Numbered from the stretch's first letter, positions 22,075 through 32,724 are shown. The stretch is DNA of 64,000 bases from an uncultured Thermoproteaceae archaeon (GCA_964575955.1 CAZNTG010000006.1:557364-621363); one strand, 5' to 3'. Notes: generated by a model from the sequence alone, not told the origin. Numbers and translations are program-made.

Positions 22075-22112
22075 TGTTATAGTTAAGTCCGACTTCAAGA
22101 TATATCTCTTTT

Positions 22113-23438
22113 GTGATTGAGAAGAAGATCAATGATATTAGATTAGAAATCTCTAAACTAATAGAGAAGTTTCACATACCATGCCTATCTATTGGAATAC
22201 TATCTAAAGATGTTGAATATTTTCTAAATTTTGGATTTAAAGATTTAGAGAAGTGTAAACCAGTTAATGAATATACACTATTCTGTATAGCATCTATAAC
22301 TAAAATGTTCGCATCATTATTAACATTAAAGATTCAAGAACTTGGAAAATTGAGTATTTATGATAAAATTTCAAAGTATATACAATTAAAATGTCTAGAA
22401 GATGTAACTATTGAAAATCTACTATCACATACATCAGGAATACCAGCAATATGCTATGCTGAAAATGTTATAAATAACATTATTAAAAGAAGATCAACTC
22501 CATATACAGATATTGAAAATGTTATAAATCTATTTAACATAGTTTCAAGATATTATAAACCAGGTGAGAAGTTTCTATATTTAAATGAGGGTTACCTAGT
22601 AGTTGAGAAAATTCTAGAGAAAGTATGTAATGAAGATTTTGAGAAATTAATGAGAAAATACATATTAGATCCATTAGATATGTCTAGAACAGGTTTTAAA
22701 TTAGATAACTTAGAAGATATAGCAACACCATACCTATATAGGAGAGGTAGATATTACAAATATTCAATACCACTATGCATACGTGGAGATGGTGGTTTAA
22801 TAAGTTGTTCGAAAGATATGCTTAAGTTTATATTAATGTTAATAAATCGTGGAAGATTTAGAGATGTTGAGATAATTTCTAAAGAGAGTATTAATGAGTT
22901 TGAGAAAGAGAGAATAAGATTACCATACAATATTCTAGATGAAGATTACTACTGTCTAGGTCTTGTTAAATCAATACTCAAATCTCAAAATTTAGTAATC
23001 TATCATCATAGTGGTTCAATACTTATACATACATCATTTCTAGCATATATACCAGATAGACATGTTGGTGTTATAGTTCTACAGTCAGGTTCTAATTATC
23101 CTCCAATTTTGATTGGTTTAAAAATAATATCGAAAATTTTAGATATTCCTCTAGTATGTATAAAACCTCTATATATAGACTATATCTATAGTAAGCTTGA
23201 AGGTAAGTATATATCTCATAGTGGTATCTACAGTGTTAAAGTTGTTAGGAAAGGCGGATTTTTAACTATAGTTGAAAATTATAGATCTACAATACTTATT
23301 CCTGAAGATATTTCTGATAAATATTGCAGATTTTATACACTCTCCTCGGATTTTAGGAAGATTTATGCAGAATTTGAAATAGAGGATGATACTGTCCTGT
23401 TGAGATTTGAAAGATATTTATTTAAGAAAGTTTACTAA
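22113..23438 (+). CDS. Serine hydrolase, beta-lactamase/Pab87 peptidase family
   Basis: ASITK (SxxK), LLSHTSG, YLN, HSG. Confidence 0.88.
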   Translation: MIEKKINDIRLEISKLIEKFHIPCLSIGILSKDVEYFLNFGFKDLEKCKPVNEYTLFCIASITKMFASLLTLKIQELGKLSIYDKISKYIQLKCLEDVTIENLLSHTSGIPAICYAENVINNIIKRRSTPYTDIENVINLFNIVSRYYKPGEKFLYLNEGYLVVEKILEKVCNEDFEKLMRKYILDPLDMSRTGFKLDNLEDIATPYLYRRGRYYKYSIPLCIRGDGGLISCSKDMLKFILMLINRGRFRDVEIISKESINEFEKERIRLPYNILDEDYYCLGLVKSILKSQNLVIYHHSGSILIHTSFLAYIPDRHVGVIVLQSGSNYPPILIGLKIISKILDIPLVCIKPLYIDYIYSKLEGKYISHSGIYSVKVVRKGGFLTIVENYRSTILIPEDISDKYCRFYTLSSDFRKIYAEFEIEDDTVLLRFERYLFKKVY

Positions 23439-23593
23439 TCACAACATTTCAACCAATATTTAGCACTGTACTCTGCAATCTTCTTATCAGCATATGTTGC
23501 TACTATGTTTCCACATTTCTTACATTTAACATGGTAAAATACTAGCTCTTTACCTTCAACAACTATCTTCTCTTCAACAATTTCAAAGTTCAT
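23435..23593 (-). CDS. Small 52-aa putative zinc-binding protein (not in ORF track)
   Basis: MNFEIVEEKIVVEGKELVFYHVKCKKCGNIVATYADKKIAEYSAKYWLKCCD; CxxCG plus terminal CC. Confidence 0.65.
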   Translation of the reverse strand: MNFEIVEEKIVVEGKELVFYHVKCKKCGNIVATYADKKIAEYSAKYWLKCCD

Positions 23594-23637
23594 GTAGATA
23601 GAATTATGAATATCTGCCTTATAAGACTATTAGCGTA

Positions 23638-23844
23638 ATGACAGAGTATCTAGTAGTTAGATGTCCAAAATGTGGTAAAATTTCAGCTATGAAGTTTGGA
23701 GTTAGAACACATCAATGTCCATACTGTGGATATGTTATGAAGATTGAGGAAGTTGCAATACTTGCTAAAGCAAGGTCAGGTCGTGAAGCTAGAGAGATAA
23801 TTAAGAGATTGACAACTCCTAAAGGATTGAAAGATAGAGAATGA
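23638..23844 (+). CDS. Zinc-ribbon protein (DUF1922-like)
   Basis: YLVVRCPKCG...CPYCG...AREII. Confidence 0.8.
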   Translation: MTEYLVVRCPKCGKISAMKFGVRTHQCPYCGYVMKIEEVAILAKARSGREAREIIKRLTTPKGLKDRE

Positions 23845-23891
23845 TGAAACAAGGGCGCACCTGAATTGATGAAGAATACGACGGGGTCTGA
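23841..23891 (+). ncRNA. C/D-box guide sRNA
   Basis: ATGATGA-AACAAGGGCGCAC-CTGA-ATTG-ATGAAGA-ATACGACGGGGT-CTGA; box C contains the stop codon of the upstream gene. Confidence 0.92.
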
Positions 23892-23892
23892 A

Positions 23893-23941
23893 TCTGCGTA
23901 TAGCCCTCTCATCATATCTCAGTGGCCTATCTAATCTTCAC
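23893..23941 (-). ncRNA. C/D-box guide sRNA
   Basis: GTGAAGA-TTAGATAGGCCA-CTGA-GAT-ATGATGA-GAGGGCTATACG-CAGA. Confidence 0.85.
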
Positions 23942-24064
23942 CAGATTAACATAGTTTGAAACATGTTAAATTAGTTTACCATCAAATTTCATGAAGAAGA
24001 AATCTCTTTCAACACAAATTTCACATAGATCTCCTTAAAGATAAACCACTTCAAAGGAGTTTAC

Positions 24065-25057
24065 ATGAGTTTGAGAAACATAGTAATAATATGTCTAATA
24101 GTGATAGCAGCAATATCTATAGCAGCTATAGGATATGTAGTATATGCAAAAGCTGGTAAGAATATAGAGAATAGTTGTAAAAAAGCGAGAATACTAATAA
24201 ACATAACAGAAAAGACGTTAGAAAAACTTAAACAATATATTCAAAGTAAGAATATAGAAAATAAAGCTATAAATAAAATATTGAACAAAACAGAACAATA
24301 TCTAAATAAAGCTAGAGAATACTTAACATCAGGTAAATGTAGTATAGCAATTAGATATGCTATAAAGGCTCTACATATGTGTAAATTAATATACATATTA
24401 ACGCACCATAGAGTAAATATGAGAGTTAGAGCTATATTACCAATAGTTAATAAGATAATACTGCATAATATCTATAGAAAAATAGTACTAATATCTAGAT
24501 ATGTTAAAGTTAACATAACAGAAATTAGATATAGATTACAGAAAATATCAAGAATTTGCCTACATAGATGTATAAATAGTTCAACATTACATAAAGGCAT
24601 TACATGTCTAGTTAAGTGTTATAGATATAATATGAAGAATTTAAGTAAAGTAATGAAGTATTATAGAGATATAATGTTTACAAAATACATATTAAACATA
24701 TTGAGAATTTTGAAGAAGAGAATTGAAGCTTTAAATATTACAATAATAAGACCGAAGATTGTAGATGGTAGATGTGTGTATGGTAAGATTATTATTAAAG
24801 AAGGTGGTAGAGTTATAATTAGTAGAGATTTACCATGCAATATTACTAAGTGTAATATGTATCTTATGAATATTAGTAAAATTATTGTTACTAGATTAGA
24901 GAAGTTGAAGAGGAGGTTAATTATGTTGAGTAAGGTTATTCCATTAGTTATTAAGAATGCTAATCTTATAAAGATTATTAAGAAGGGTATTGTTGATGTT
25001 ATTAATGTTCTAGATAGTAAGATTAGCTATGTTGAGAAGATTTTAGTTAAGTGTTAG
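24065..25057 (+). CDS. Hypothetical membrane-anchored or secreted, very basic helical protein
   Basis: N-terminal hydrophobic segment; K/R/I-rich; many Cys; GGAG SD. Confidence 0.6.
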   Translation: MSLRNIVIICLIVIAAISIAAIGYVVYAKAGKNIENSCKKARILINITEKTLEKLKQYIQSKNIENKAINKILNKTEQYLNKAREYLTSGKCSIAIRYAIKALHMCKLIYILTHHRVNMRVRAILPIVNKIILHNIYRKIVLISRYVKVNITEIRYRLQKISRICLHRCINSSTLHKGITCLVKCYRYNMKNLSKVMKYYRDIMFTKYILNILRILKKRIEALNITIIRPKIVDGRCVYGKIIIKEGGRVIISRDLPCNITKCNMYLMNISKIIVTRLEKLKRRLIMLSKVIPLVIKNANLIKIIKKGIVDVINVLDSKISYVEKILVKC

Positions 25058-28000
25058 TACTGTTTTTCTTCTTAATCTCTTCAAATAATCCATATTTTCT
25101 TGCTTCTTCAAAAAGTTCATTAAGTACCTGTAGATAGTTTCTCTCTCCTTCTTCTACTTCATCCATTAGTTGTTGTACTATTCTCGTTCTCTCTTCTGAA
25201 ACTAGGTCTCTAAATTTTCCTAAATCTTTTAGTTTTCTCAAAATTTCCTCAATTTCAATTTTCCTCTTCTCTCTCTTCTCTTTTGATCTACCTACTTCGA
25301 GAAGTTCTCTAGCTGTTGAATCACCTGTCAGGTATAGATAAACTTTCAATCCTCTCCTAGTTGGTATTAGGTATTTTGGCTTACCTACAGTTATTGCATA
25401 TCTTCTTCTTAATATGACCTCTACAATTCTAGCATATGTTGATGGTCTTCCAATACCTCTAGCTTTCATTTCAGCAACAACCTCACCTTCAGTTAGTGGC
25501 TTTGTCTTTGGTATTAATACAGGTTTTCTAATGACCTCTTCAATGTGGTATTTTCCTGTTGGTAATTTATTCTCAATTTCAAATAGTTTTAAAATCTTTA
25601 GAAAACCTTCATCAACAACATCAGTAATCTTCTCAACATATATAGTTTCAGATTCTCCAGATATTGGATCTCTAATAGTTATTTCATATTTAGATTTTCT
25701 AATTTTTGCAGGTTTCATTTGACTTGCTATAAATCTTCTAAATATCATATCATACATTGCTAGATGTCTAGGTGTTAATCTTATTGCTAGTTGAATTACA
25801 CCACCAAGTACTAATGCTCTAAGTTCTTCAGCATCTATCGGTCTTGTAGGTCTAATACATTCATGAGCACCAATATGACCACCAATAATCCATTGTCTAG
25901 GCATGAAGAATTGTTCTCCAAAATTCTTAGCTATATACTCTCTAGCAAGTGCTATACCTACTGGAGATACTCTAGTACTGTCAGTTCTGTGGTAAGTTAT
26001 TAATCCTGATTCGAAAAGTTCTTGAGCAATACTCATAGCCTCTTCTACACTTATTCTCAATCTAGTAGCTGCATCTCTAAGTAGAGAGTCTGTTGTGTAT
26101 GGAGGTGGTGGATTTATAGTCTCTTCAAGATCTTCAGCTATTGGACTAATCTCAACTATTGCACGTTTTTCTAATATCGAATTTCTCAATCTATATTTAG
26201 ATTTTGGAATTTCTAAAGTAAGCTCAAGACCATTCTCAAGTCTTATAGATACTACATATACCTTATCTTTTCTAGACTGATCATACCTCTTAATAATCCA
26301 TCCAAGTACAGGAGTTTGAACTCTACCTGCAGATAGCGTCTTGTATGTTCTACCAAATAGAACTTCAGATACTTTCCAAAGCTTTTGACTAAGTCCAAAA
26401 CCTATCCACCTATCTTCAATTCTTCTAATAAGCTGTGCCTGTACCATACTCTTTCTAACATCTCCAACAGGATTCATTATTGCGTCAAGTATAGCCTTCT
26501 TAGTTACTTCATGAAACTCTATACGATATATATTGTTTAGGTAGGGTCTCAATATCAGGTATATATCCCAGGCAATCTTCTCACCTTCAGCATCTGGGTC
26601 GGTACCTATGAGTACTAGATCTACCTCAGTTGCAATATCTCTCAAAGCTGTTATTATTGGTTCAGAACTTATTAGAGATGTGCCACATCTAGGACATTTA
26701 TCAATATCATGACTATAAGTCTCTCCACATCTAGGACACTTCCTGATGATGTTGTAGACTGGTATGAACATACTTCCAATCTTCAAAACTCCAAAGTAGT
26801 CTGTTGGTGTTTGATTTATAATTTTGGATAGTGATTCTCTAACATATTCAACATCTTGTTCAGGAGTTTCAGGTACAAGCTCCCACATATGTCCTTTAGT
26901 TGCAGTTACTAGAAGTAGTAAATTTCCTATAGATGATTCATATATCTGTAAACCACCAACAAATCTAACGCTAGGTCTACCGAAGAAGCTTGCAATTGTT
27001 CTAGCTTTTGTTGGTGATTCAACAACGATTAATGCAGTCTTCAAGAATTCAAGACCAGTCTCTTCAGGTCTTGCCTTACCTGTAATTATGTCATATACTT
27101 TCTTTCTCTCTTCATTAATCTCACTTATCAACTTCTCTAAATCTACCTGTGATATATGTCTAAATTCAAAACCTTCAATCCTATACTTCAACTCTCTTTC
27201 AAGTGCTCTAAATACTTTAAAATCATCAACAACCAATATTGATATACCTTTAGTAACACCACCAACATACATTCTTGAAGTTCTACCACTACCCTGTATG
27301 TACGTTGTCACATCTGGTAGTGTTATTATTAGACCTCTATCATCTCTATCAATTCTAATATCAAGCTTTTCTAAAGTATCTTTAGTAATTTTATTTAGTA
27401 GTTTTGATGCAAATTCTATACTAGCTTTAACAACATTAGCAACATACTTATCAAATCCTGATAACTCTTCTTCTCTACCTTTATCAATAATTTCCAATAT
27501 CTTACTTAACTGTGATTCAGTTATTCCAACGATAGTTCTCAATCTTGATATTAGTTTATCTATTTGAATTCTCTCATCTTTTTCAACAACATTTCTAAGA
27601 ACTAGAAAGAGTGCAATATATCTTCCAGGTCTAAATTCAGATATGTTTAATCTAAATCTAAGTCTTGGAATACCTGCAAATATTACATACTTAACTCTAT
27701 GTGGTAGATCTATACCTCTAACAAGTGCTGATCTTGCAGTTGCGAGACCGATCAATATGTCAATTTCTCCATTTGAAAATGCTTCTAAAATACCCTTCTT
27801 AGGTCTTAGATATGCGTAAGCACGAACTCCAAAATCTTTCAATCTCTTCTCAATGAGCTCAGCAAACTCACGGCCTAGATGTGTAGGTACGTATATTATA
27901 CCACCATCACCAAGCTTCTTAACTAGCGTAATGATAGTCTCTACAAGATCTTTCTCAACTTCAACATATATATCAACAACATTTCTCAAACCTTCAGCAC

Positions 28001-28994
28001 GACCACCACTTTCAAAACCTAGAAATTCTCTAAATAGGAAAAGTCTAGCACTTCTCCTAGCTTTAACAAGAGCTCCAGATGCAATTAAAATTCCTGGAGA
28101 TAGATCTCTAATCTCACTACGAATCTCTTCTTCAAGTCTTCTAATCTCTTCATACCTCTTCCTAATCTCCTCTTCACTTCCTTCAGCTCTTCTAAGTCTT
28201 CTAACTTCTCTAATAATTTCAACAATCTTTAAAGCAATATTTAATACATGTTCAGGAATTCCTAAAAGTAGTAGTAGTCTATCAATATTCTTACTAGAAG
28301 CTTTTAAAATACTATCAACATCATCTACAAATATTAAATCAAATTTAAACTTCTTAAGAATATCTAAATATCTTGGTAAGAACATGTTAGTTACAATCAA
28401 TATATTAAACTTACCACTATCTACAAGACTTAGAACCTTCTGTCTTTCAGATTTTGATAGTAGTGTATTGTATGTAAGTGCTATAATTCTATCTTTCAAA
28501 CCTAACTTCTCTAGGAAGGAAATCAACTTCTTATAAACCTGATCTGCAAGTACAGATGTTGGAAATACCATGAGAACTCTACCCTTTCTGTAATATGCTA
28601 CGTATATTGCAGCAACAATACCGAAAGTTGTTTTTCCACTTCCTGTTGGTGCAATTATTGCAAAACTCTTACCTTTAATTAATCTTCTAGCCCATAAACG
28701 TTGTGCACCCCACATTTTTGCATTTACAGCTTTTTCAAATAATTTCTCAAACTTTTCATACTCTTCATAAAACTTTTCAATTATCTTCAAATTTTTCAAA
28801 TTATTAAGTTCTCTTAAAACATCTATAAGATCTTGAATAGTCTTAATTCTATATAGATACTCGTCAGGTAGACATCTATGACAAGGTAGACCTCTACTAA
28901 GTCTATCAGAAGTTATACTACCACCACAATTTGGACAAGCATTCCTGTACATTACTAATGGCTGTAGTTCTTCAAATATCCTTTCTATACTCAT
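25047..28994 (-). CDS. rgy: Reverse gyrase
   Basis: N-terminal Zn finger, APTGSGKT, DDVD, QGSGRTSR, VESPTKA, ITYHRTDS active-site Tyr. Confidence 0.98.
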   Translation of the reverse strand: MSIERIFEELQPLVMYRNACPNCGGSITSDRLSRGLPCHRCLPDEYLYRIKTIQDLIDVLRELNNLKNLKIIEKFYEEYEKFEKLFEKAVNAKMWGAQRLWARRLIKGKSFAIIAPTGSGKTTFGIVAAIYVAYYRKGRVLMVFPTSVLADQVYKKLISFLEKLGLKDRIIALTYNTLLSKSERQKVLSLVDSGKFNILIVTNMFLPRYLDILKKFKFDLIFVDDVDSILKASSKNIDRLLLLLGIPEHVLNIALKIVEIIREVRRLRRAEGSEEEIRKRYEEIRRLEEEIRSEIRDLSPGILIASGALVKARRSARLFLFREFLGFESGGRAEGLRNVVDIYVEVEKDLVETIITLVKKLGDGGIIYVPTHLGREFAELIEKRLKDFGVRAYAYLRPKKGILEAFSNGEIDILIGLATARSALVRGIDLPHRVKYVIFAGIPRLRFRLNISEFRPGRYIALFLVLRNVVEKDERIQIDKLISRLRTIVGITESQLSKILEIIDKGREEELSGFDKYVANVVKASIEFASKLLNKITKDTLEKLDIRIDRDDRGLIITLPDVTTYIQGSGRTSRMYVGGVTKGISILVVDDFKVFRALERELKYRIEGFEFRHISQVDLEKLISEINEERKKVYDIITGKARPEETGLEFLKTALIVVESPTKARTIASFFGRPSVRFVGGLQIYESSIGNLLLLVTATKGHMWELVPETPEQDVEYVRESLSKIINQTPTDYFGVLKIGSMFIPVYNIIRKCPRCGETYSHDIDKCPRCGTSLISSEPIITALRDIATEVDLVLIGTDPDAEGEKIAWDIYLILRPYLNNIYRIEFHEVTKKAILDAIMNPVGDVRKSMVQAQLIRRIEDRWIGFGLSQKLWKVSEVLFGRTYKTLSAGRVQTPVLGWIIKRYDQSRKDKVYVVSIRLENGLELTLEIPKSKYRLRNSILEKRAIVEISPIAEDLEETINPPPPYTTDSLLRDAATRLRISVEEAMSIAQELFESGLITYHRTDSTRVSPVGIALAREYIAKNFGEQFFMPRQWIIGGHIGAHECIRPTRPIDAEELRALVLGGVIQLAIRLTPRHLAMYDMIFRRFIASQMKPAKIRKSKYEITIRDPISGESETIYVEKITDVVDEGFLKILKLFEIENKLPTGKYHIEEVIRKPVLIPKTKPLTEGEVVAEMKARGIGRPSTYARIVEVILRRRYAITVGKPKYLIPTRRGLKVYLYLTGDSTARELLEVGRSKEKREKRKIEIEEILRKLKDLGKFRDLVSEERTRIVQQLMDEVEEGERNYLQVLNELFEEARKYGLFEEIKKKNSTNT

Positions 28995-29116
28995 TAGATC
29001 TAGTATCTTATCTAGTTAAACCCTATTTATACGGTTTGTCGTTAAGTATATCAAAACTATCGACCTATTAGAGTAGTGGTTATAAGAAGCTAAAATACAA
29101 GTCATATGAAAAGACT

Positions 29117-29470
29117 GTGACATCTGACATGATGATGGATTATAGAATAGCAACAGGAAAGCTTGTAGATAAGCTAATAACTACATACAGAGGATATCTA
29201 GTTGAAAAAGTTTCCTTTAAAGATGGTCTAAGATATAGGCTAAGACTCTCTGTAAGTAGTAAAATACCACTCGATATACATGTTGTAAATAAATTTGATA
29301 AGATATTTATAGAATTATGGCCTATAAATCACGCAACACCACTACTAGTAATTGAAAAGAGTGTATATGATAATATAGAAGACATATACCACGATCTAAA
29401 TCTCATACTATCAACATTGTGGAAAGTTAAGACTAGAAAATGTAGAAAGATATCCAAAATTAAGAAGTAA
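29117..29470 (+). CDS. Hypothetical protein
   Basis: 117-aa ORF filling the gap between rgy and serS. Confidence 0.55.
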   Translation: MTSDMMMDYRIATGKLVDKLITTYRGYLVEKVSFKDGLRYRLRLSVSSKIPLDIHVVNKFDKIFIELWPINHATPLLVIEKSVYDNIEDIYHDLNLILSTLWKVKTRKCRKISKIKK

Positions 29471-29514
29471 CTTAACTATTTTAAATATTTGAAATCTCTA
29501 ACTAGTCGAGAGAC

Positions 29515-30891
29515 ATGTCTTGGTCACTACTTGAAGCATTGTACAACAATCCTGATAGTGTTAGAAAGATGCTTAAAGCGAGAGGTTATGACACATCTCT
29601 AGTTGATGAGTTTTTAAGAATTGATAAGGAGTGGAAAGATCTTAAACGTAGAGTTGATGAGCTCAGACATGAGCATAATGTACTTACAAGAAGTATAAGA
29701 CAGGTTAAGAGTGATGAAGAGAGGAGAAAGCTTATTGAAGAAGCTAGAAGAAAGTTGGAAGAGATTGAAAAGTTTGAAGCTATGTTATCAGAAGTTGAAG
29801 AGAGGAGAAATAGAATTTTAAGATCATTACCTAACTTAATTAAACCTGAAGTATATGAGATATGTACATCTGAAGAGTTAGAGGAAGTACCAATAAGATA
29901 TTGGGGAAAACCTAAAGTATATAGAGGAGATCTTGAAGCATTTTTAAATGAAGTTAGAAAGTTTGGACATGAAGTTGAGTATGAAGTTATAGATTGGAAA
30001 CCTATAGGTCATGCAGATATGCTTGAAAATGTTCTAAAACTTGGAGATACTGAAAAAGCTGGTGAGGTTGCTGGTAGTAGATTCTTCTACATTTTTGATG
30101 ATATTGTGTGGCTAGATATTGCATTAACACTATATGCGATAGATTACCTATCTCAGAAGGGGTTTAGAATTGTTATTCCTCCATACATGCTTAAGTATGA
30201 ATATATCACGTCTGTAATAGATTTTGAAGCTCTTAAAGATGCTATATATAAGATTGAGGAAGAAGATCTATATCTAATTGGTACATCTGAACATCCGATA
30301 GCATGTTACTTAGCGAAGAGAGAGCTATTAGAATCTGACCTACCAATACTCATGGCTGGTATATCTCCATGTTTTAGAAGAGAAGCTAGTGCAGGTAGTA
30401 GAGATTTGAAAGGAATTTTTAGAGTACATCAATTTCATAAAGTTGAACAGTTCGTATTTTGCCTACCTGAAGAGAGTGATAAATGGCAGGAATTTCTCAT
30501 AAAGAATGCAGAAGAGCTATGGCAAGGATTGGAAATACCGTATAGAGTTGTTGTTGTATGTCCAAAAGAGATGGGTAGAACAGCAGCTAAACAATATGAT
30601 CTTGAAGCATGGATGCCAGCACAGGCAAAGTATAGAGAGATGGTTTCATGTAGTAATTGTACAGATTGGCAATCATATAGACTACACATTAGAGTTGTTA
30701 GAAAGGGTATGAAGAGAGAGTATGTACATACACTGAACAGTACAGCAATAGCAACAACAAGAGCAATAACAGCAATATTAGAAAATCATCAAGAACCTGA
30801 TGGAACTGTTAGAATACCTAAAGTACTTAGAAAGTATTTAGAGATATTTCCAAAAGCACCTAAGGACTACATATTCCCTAGAAAGAAATAG
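29515..30891 (+). CDS. serS: Seryl-tRNA synthetase
   Basis: Coiled-coil arm, GTSEH, FRRE, FRVHQFHKVE, SCSNCTDWQ, HTLNST. Confidence 0.98.
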   Translation: MSWSLLEALYNNPDSVRKMLKARGYDTSLVDEFLRIDKEWKDLKRRVDELRHEHNVLTRSIRQVKSDEERRKLIEEARRKLEEIEKFEAMLSEVEERRNRILRSLPNLIKPEVYEICTSEELEEVPIRYWGKPKVYRGDLEAFLNEVRKFGHEVEYEVIDWKPIGHADMLENVLKLGDTEKAGEVAGSRFFYIFDDIVWLDIALTLYAIDYLSQKGFRIVIPPYMLKYEYITSVIDFEALKDAIYKIEEEDLYLIGTSEHPIACYLAKRELLESDLPILMAGISPCFRREASAGSRDLKGIFRVHQFHKVEQFVFCLPEESDKWQEFLIKNAEELWQGLEIPYRVVVVCPKEMGRTAAKQYDLEAWMPAQAKYREMVSCSNCTDWQSYRLHIRVVRKGMKREYVHTLNSTAIATTRAITAILENHQEPDGTVRIPKVLRKYLEIFPKAPKDYIFPRKK

Positions 30892-30906
30892 TTTGAACAT
30901 GTAGTA

Positions 30907-30958
30907 TCAGAATCGGAGTGTGTCTTCACTATAAATCTGCTGCGAGTCGTTTCATCAC
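30907..30958 (-). ncRNA. C/D-box guide sRNA (predicted 16S 5'-domain targets)
   Basis: GTGATGA-AACGACTCGCAG-CAGA-TTTATA-GTGAAGA-CACACTCCGATT-CTGA; D' guide complementary to the TGCGAGTCG of the conserved 16S CATGCGAGTCG. Confidence 0.92.
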
Positions 30959-31010
30959 TAATATCTGTCTCTCTCGATAACTTTTTAAGTCAACTTATAG
31001 GTAGTTAGCT

Positions 31011-31349
31011 GTGCCAAAGAAGAGGAAGAATAGAGGTCGACATAAGGGAGATAAGGGTAAGGAAGGTCATGTATATTGTGAAAATTGTGGTAAGATGGTT
31101 CCAAGATCTAAAGCTGTTAGAATAACAATGACATACTCACCAGTACCTCCAGACCTTGCTAAAGAACTTGAAAAGCAGGGTGCAATAATACCTAAGTATC
31201 AGGTAACTAAGACTCTATGTATAAATTGTGCAATATTCTTCGGAATATTGAAGGTAAGACCAGAAGAAGAGAGAAAGAAGAAAGAACCACTTGGAAAAGT
31301 ATCAACTGCATCACAATCATCAACATCAACAACAGGATCTGGAAAGTAG
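31011..31349 (+). CDS. rps26e: 30S ribosomal protein S26e
   Basis: PKKRKNRGRHKG, CENCG..VPR.KA, CINCAI. Confidence 0.97.
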   Translation: MPKKRKNRGRHKGDKGKEGHVYCENCGKMVPRSKAVRITMTYSPVPPDLAKELEKQGAIIPKYQVTKTLCINCAIFFGILKVRPEEERKKKEPLGKVSTASQSSTSTTGSGK

Positions 31350-31352
31350 AAC

Positions 31353-31907
31353 TTGAGAATATTCATACTAAAGTCTAACACAGCCTGTCTAGAGAATGTA
31401 AATATAAAATCTCCAGCATCTTCAGGAAGGTTTGACGTTGTTCTAGACTTCATACTTGAATGTCTATACACTAGTAGTGAAGCTAGAAGAGACACTAAGA
31501 TATACATAGTACTTGCAGGATGTAGACCTGTAAAGACAATTCTGGTAGATGGTGTAGAAATTCCATATTTTGAAAATGAGAGAGAACTACTAGAATACAT
31601 GTTGAAAAATTCGAAATCTGGAATACATGTACTTGATATAGATTTTGAAAAACTTCTAGACATGTTGATAAGTGAAGGATATAGACTATACTGCCTATAT
31701 GAGTATGGTGTTGATATAGATAGTGTAGATATAGAGTGTAGAGATATTGCATTTATAATTGGAGATCAGGATGGTTTTACACAAGAAGATCTGCAAGTTA
31801 TGAAGAGTAGAAATATAGAATTCATATCTATAGGACCAATACCATACTTAAGCTGGTTTTGCTGTACATTCATACAATACTACCTAGACTCAATATGTAG
31901 ATCATGA
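31353..31907 (+). CDS. trmY: tRNA pseudouridine-54 N1-methyltransferase-like SPOUT protein
   Basis: SSGRFDV, RRD, NER, FIIGDQDG, ISIGP..YL. Confidence 0.78.
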   Translation: MRIFILKSNTACLENVNIKSPASSGRFDVVLDFILECLYTSSEARRDTKIYIVLAGCRPVKTILVDGVEIPYFENERELLEYMLKNSKSGIHVLDIDFEKLLDMLISEGYRLYCLYEYGVDIDSVDIECRDIAFIIGDQDGFTQEDLQVMKSRNIEFISIGPIPYLSWFCCTFIQYYLDSICRS

Positions 31908-31953
31908 TATATCTAGTGAAGATACACGCTGCACTTTACATATCTTAAAGATA

Positions 31954-32724
31954 GTGAATATTGTGACAATAATTCAGAGAAGTATACCTTTTCCACCTAT
32001 AAGAATTGAAAAAATTATAACATATCTAAAATATGTATATGACAAAGATATTGTAAATACTGAAGAATTAAAGAAAAATAATATAGATTTTGGAAGAGGT
32101 AGAGGTGATATAACAAGATTCTTAAATTCTATAAACATAGTAGAACTTGAAGGCAGTAAAGTAAGATTATCAAAAATTGGTAAAATACTTGTAGAAATAT
32201 ACAACAATTCAAAAATAATGTTCAAAATATTACTAAACAACTACCTATACGACAGAGTTATACAGTATAGAATACTCATAGATATCTTAAGAGAAAACTC
32301 TAAAATTGATATAGAAACCCTATATAGAAAAGTTAATGAAAATATAAAACACATATCACCATCAACATGGATTAATAAAGTTGCATATAGAACATTAATA
32401 AACTTCTCAATAGATTTAGAAGTTATTAAAAAAGACGGAAAATACCTAACATATCTAGGACATAGAGATCTCATAAATAACATAATGAAAGACTTCAGCA
32501 CTAAGATAGGAGATGAAATCTATATAGATATCAAAGGTCTTTCAAACAAACTAGGAATTAATCATGAATTTCTTGAAAAATATATCGAGCAACACGTTGA
32601 AAAAGTTAAATGTCCAAACATAGACTTCAAACTTATTAAAGTTAAAGATGTAGATAAGATTATAGATAAGATATGCTCTCTAAGAATTGAACATGTGATG
32701 AAGTTCTCGAGTACTGAAAGATGA
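31954..32724 (+). CDS. Hypothetical protein, probably tandem winged-helix domains
   Basis: wHTH-like 'L..I.IVE.....V.LS.IG' pattern. Confidence 0.55.
   Translation: MNIVTIIQRSIPFPPIRIEKIITYLKYVYDKDIVNTEELKKNNIDFGRGRGDITRFLNSINIVELEGSKVRLSKIGKILVEIYNNSKIMFKILLNNYLYDRVIQYRILIDILRENSKIDIETLYRKVNENIKHISPSTWINKVAYRTLINFSIDLEVIKKDGKYLTYLGHRDLINNIMKDFSTKIGDEIYIDIKGLSNKLGINHEFLEKYIEQHVEKVKCPNIDFKLIKVKDVDKIIDKICSLRIEHVMKFSSTER

Noticed and set aside
23876-23887. D guide complementary (9 nt, ACCCCGTCG) to the 5' end of the H/ACA RNA at 43374
   Set aside because: A short GC-rich match inside a stable stem is likely chance, and rRNA targets could not be searched.
26824-28536. Long antisense ORFs inside rgy, and similar ones elsewhere such as 42727-43353
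   Set aside because: Shadow ORFs opposite well-supported genes, Ser/Leu/Ile-rich and without motifs.
31900-31945. GTGAAGA box-C-like motif followed by a GC-richer stretch and ACA
   Set aside because: No D box at guide distance and no convincing K-turn hairpin.
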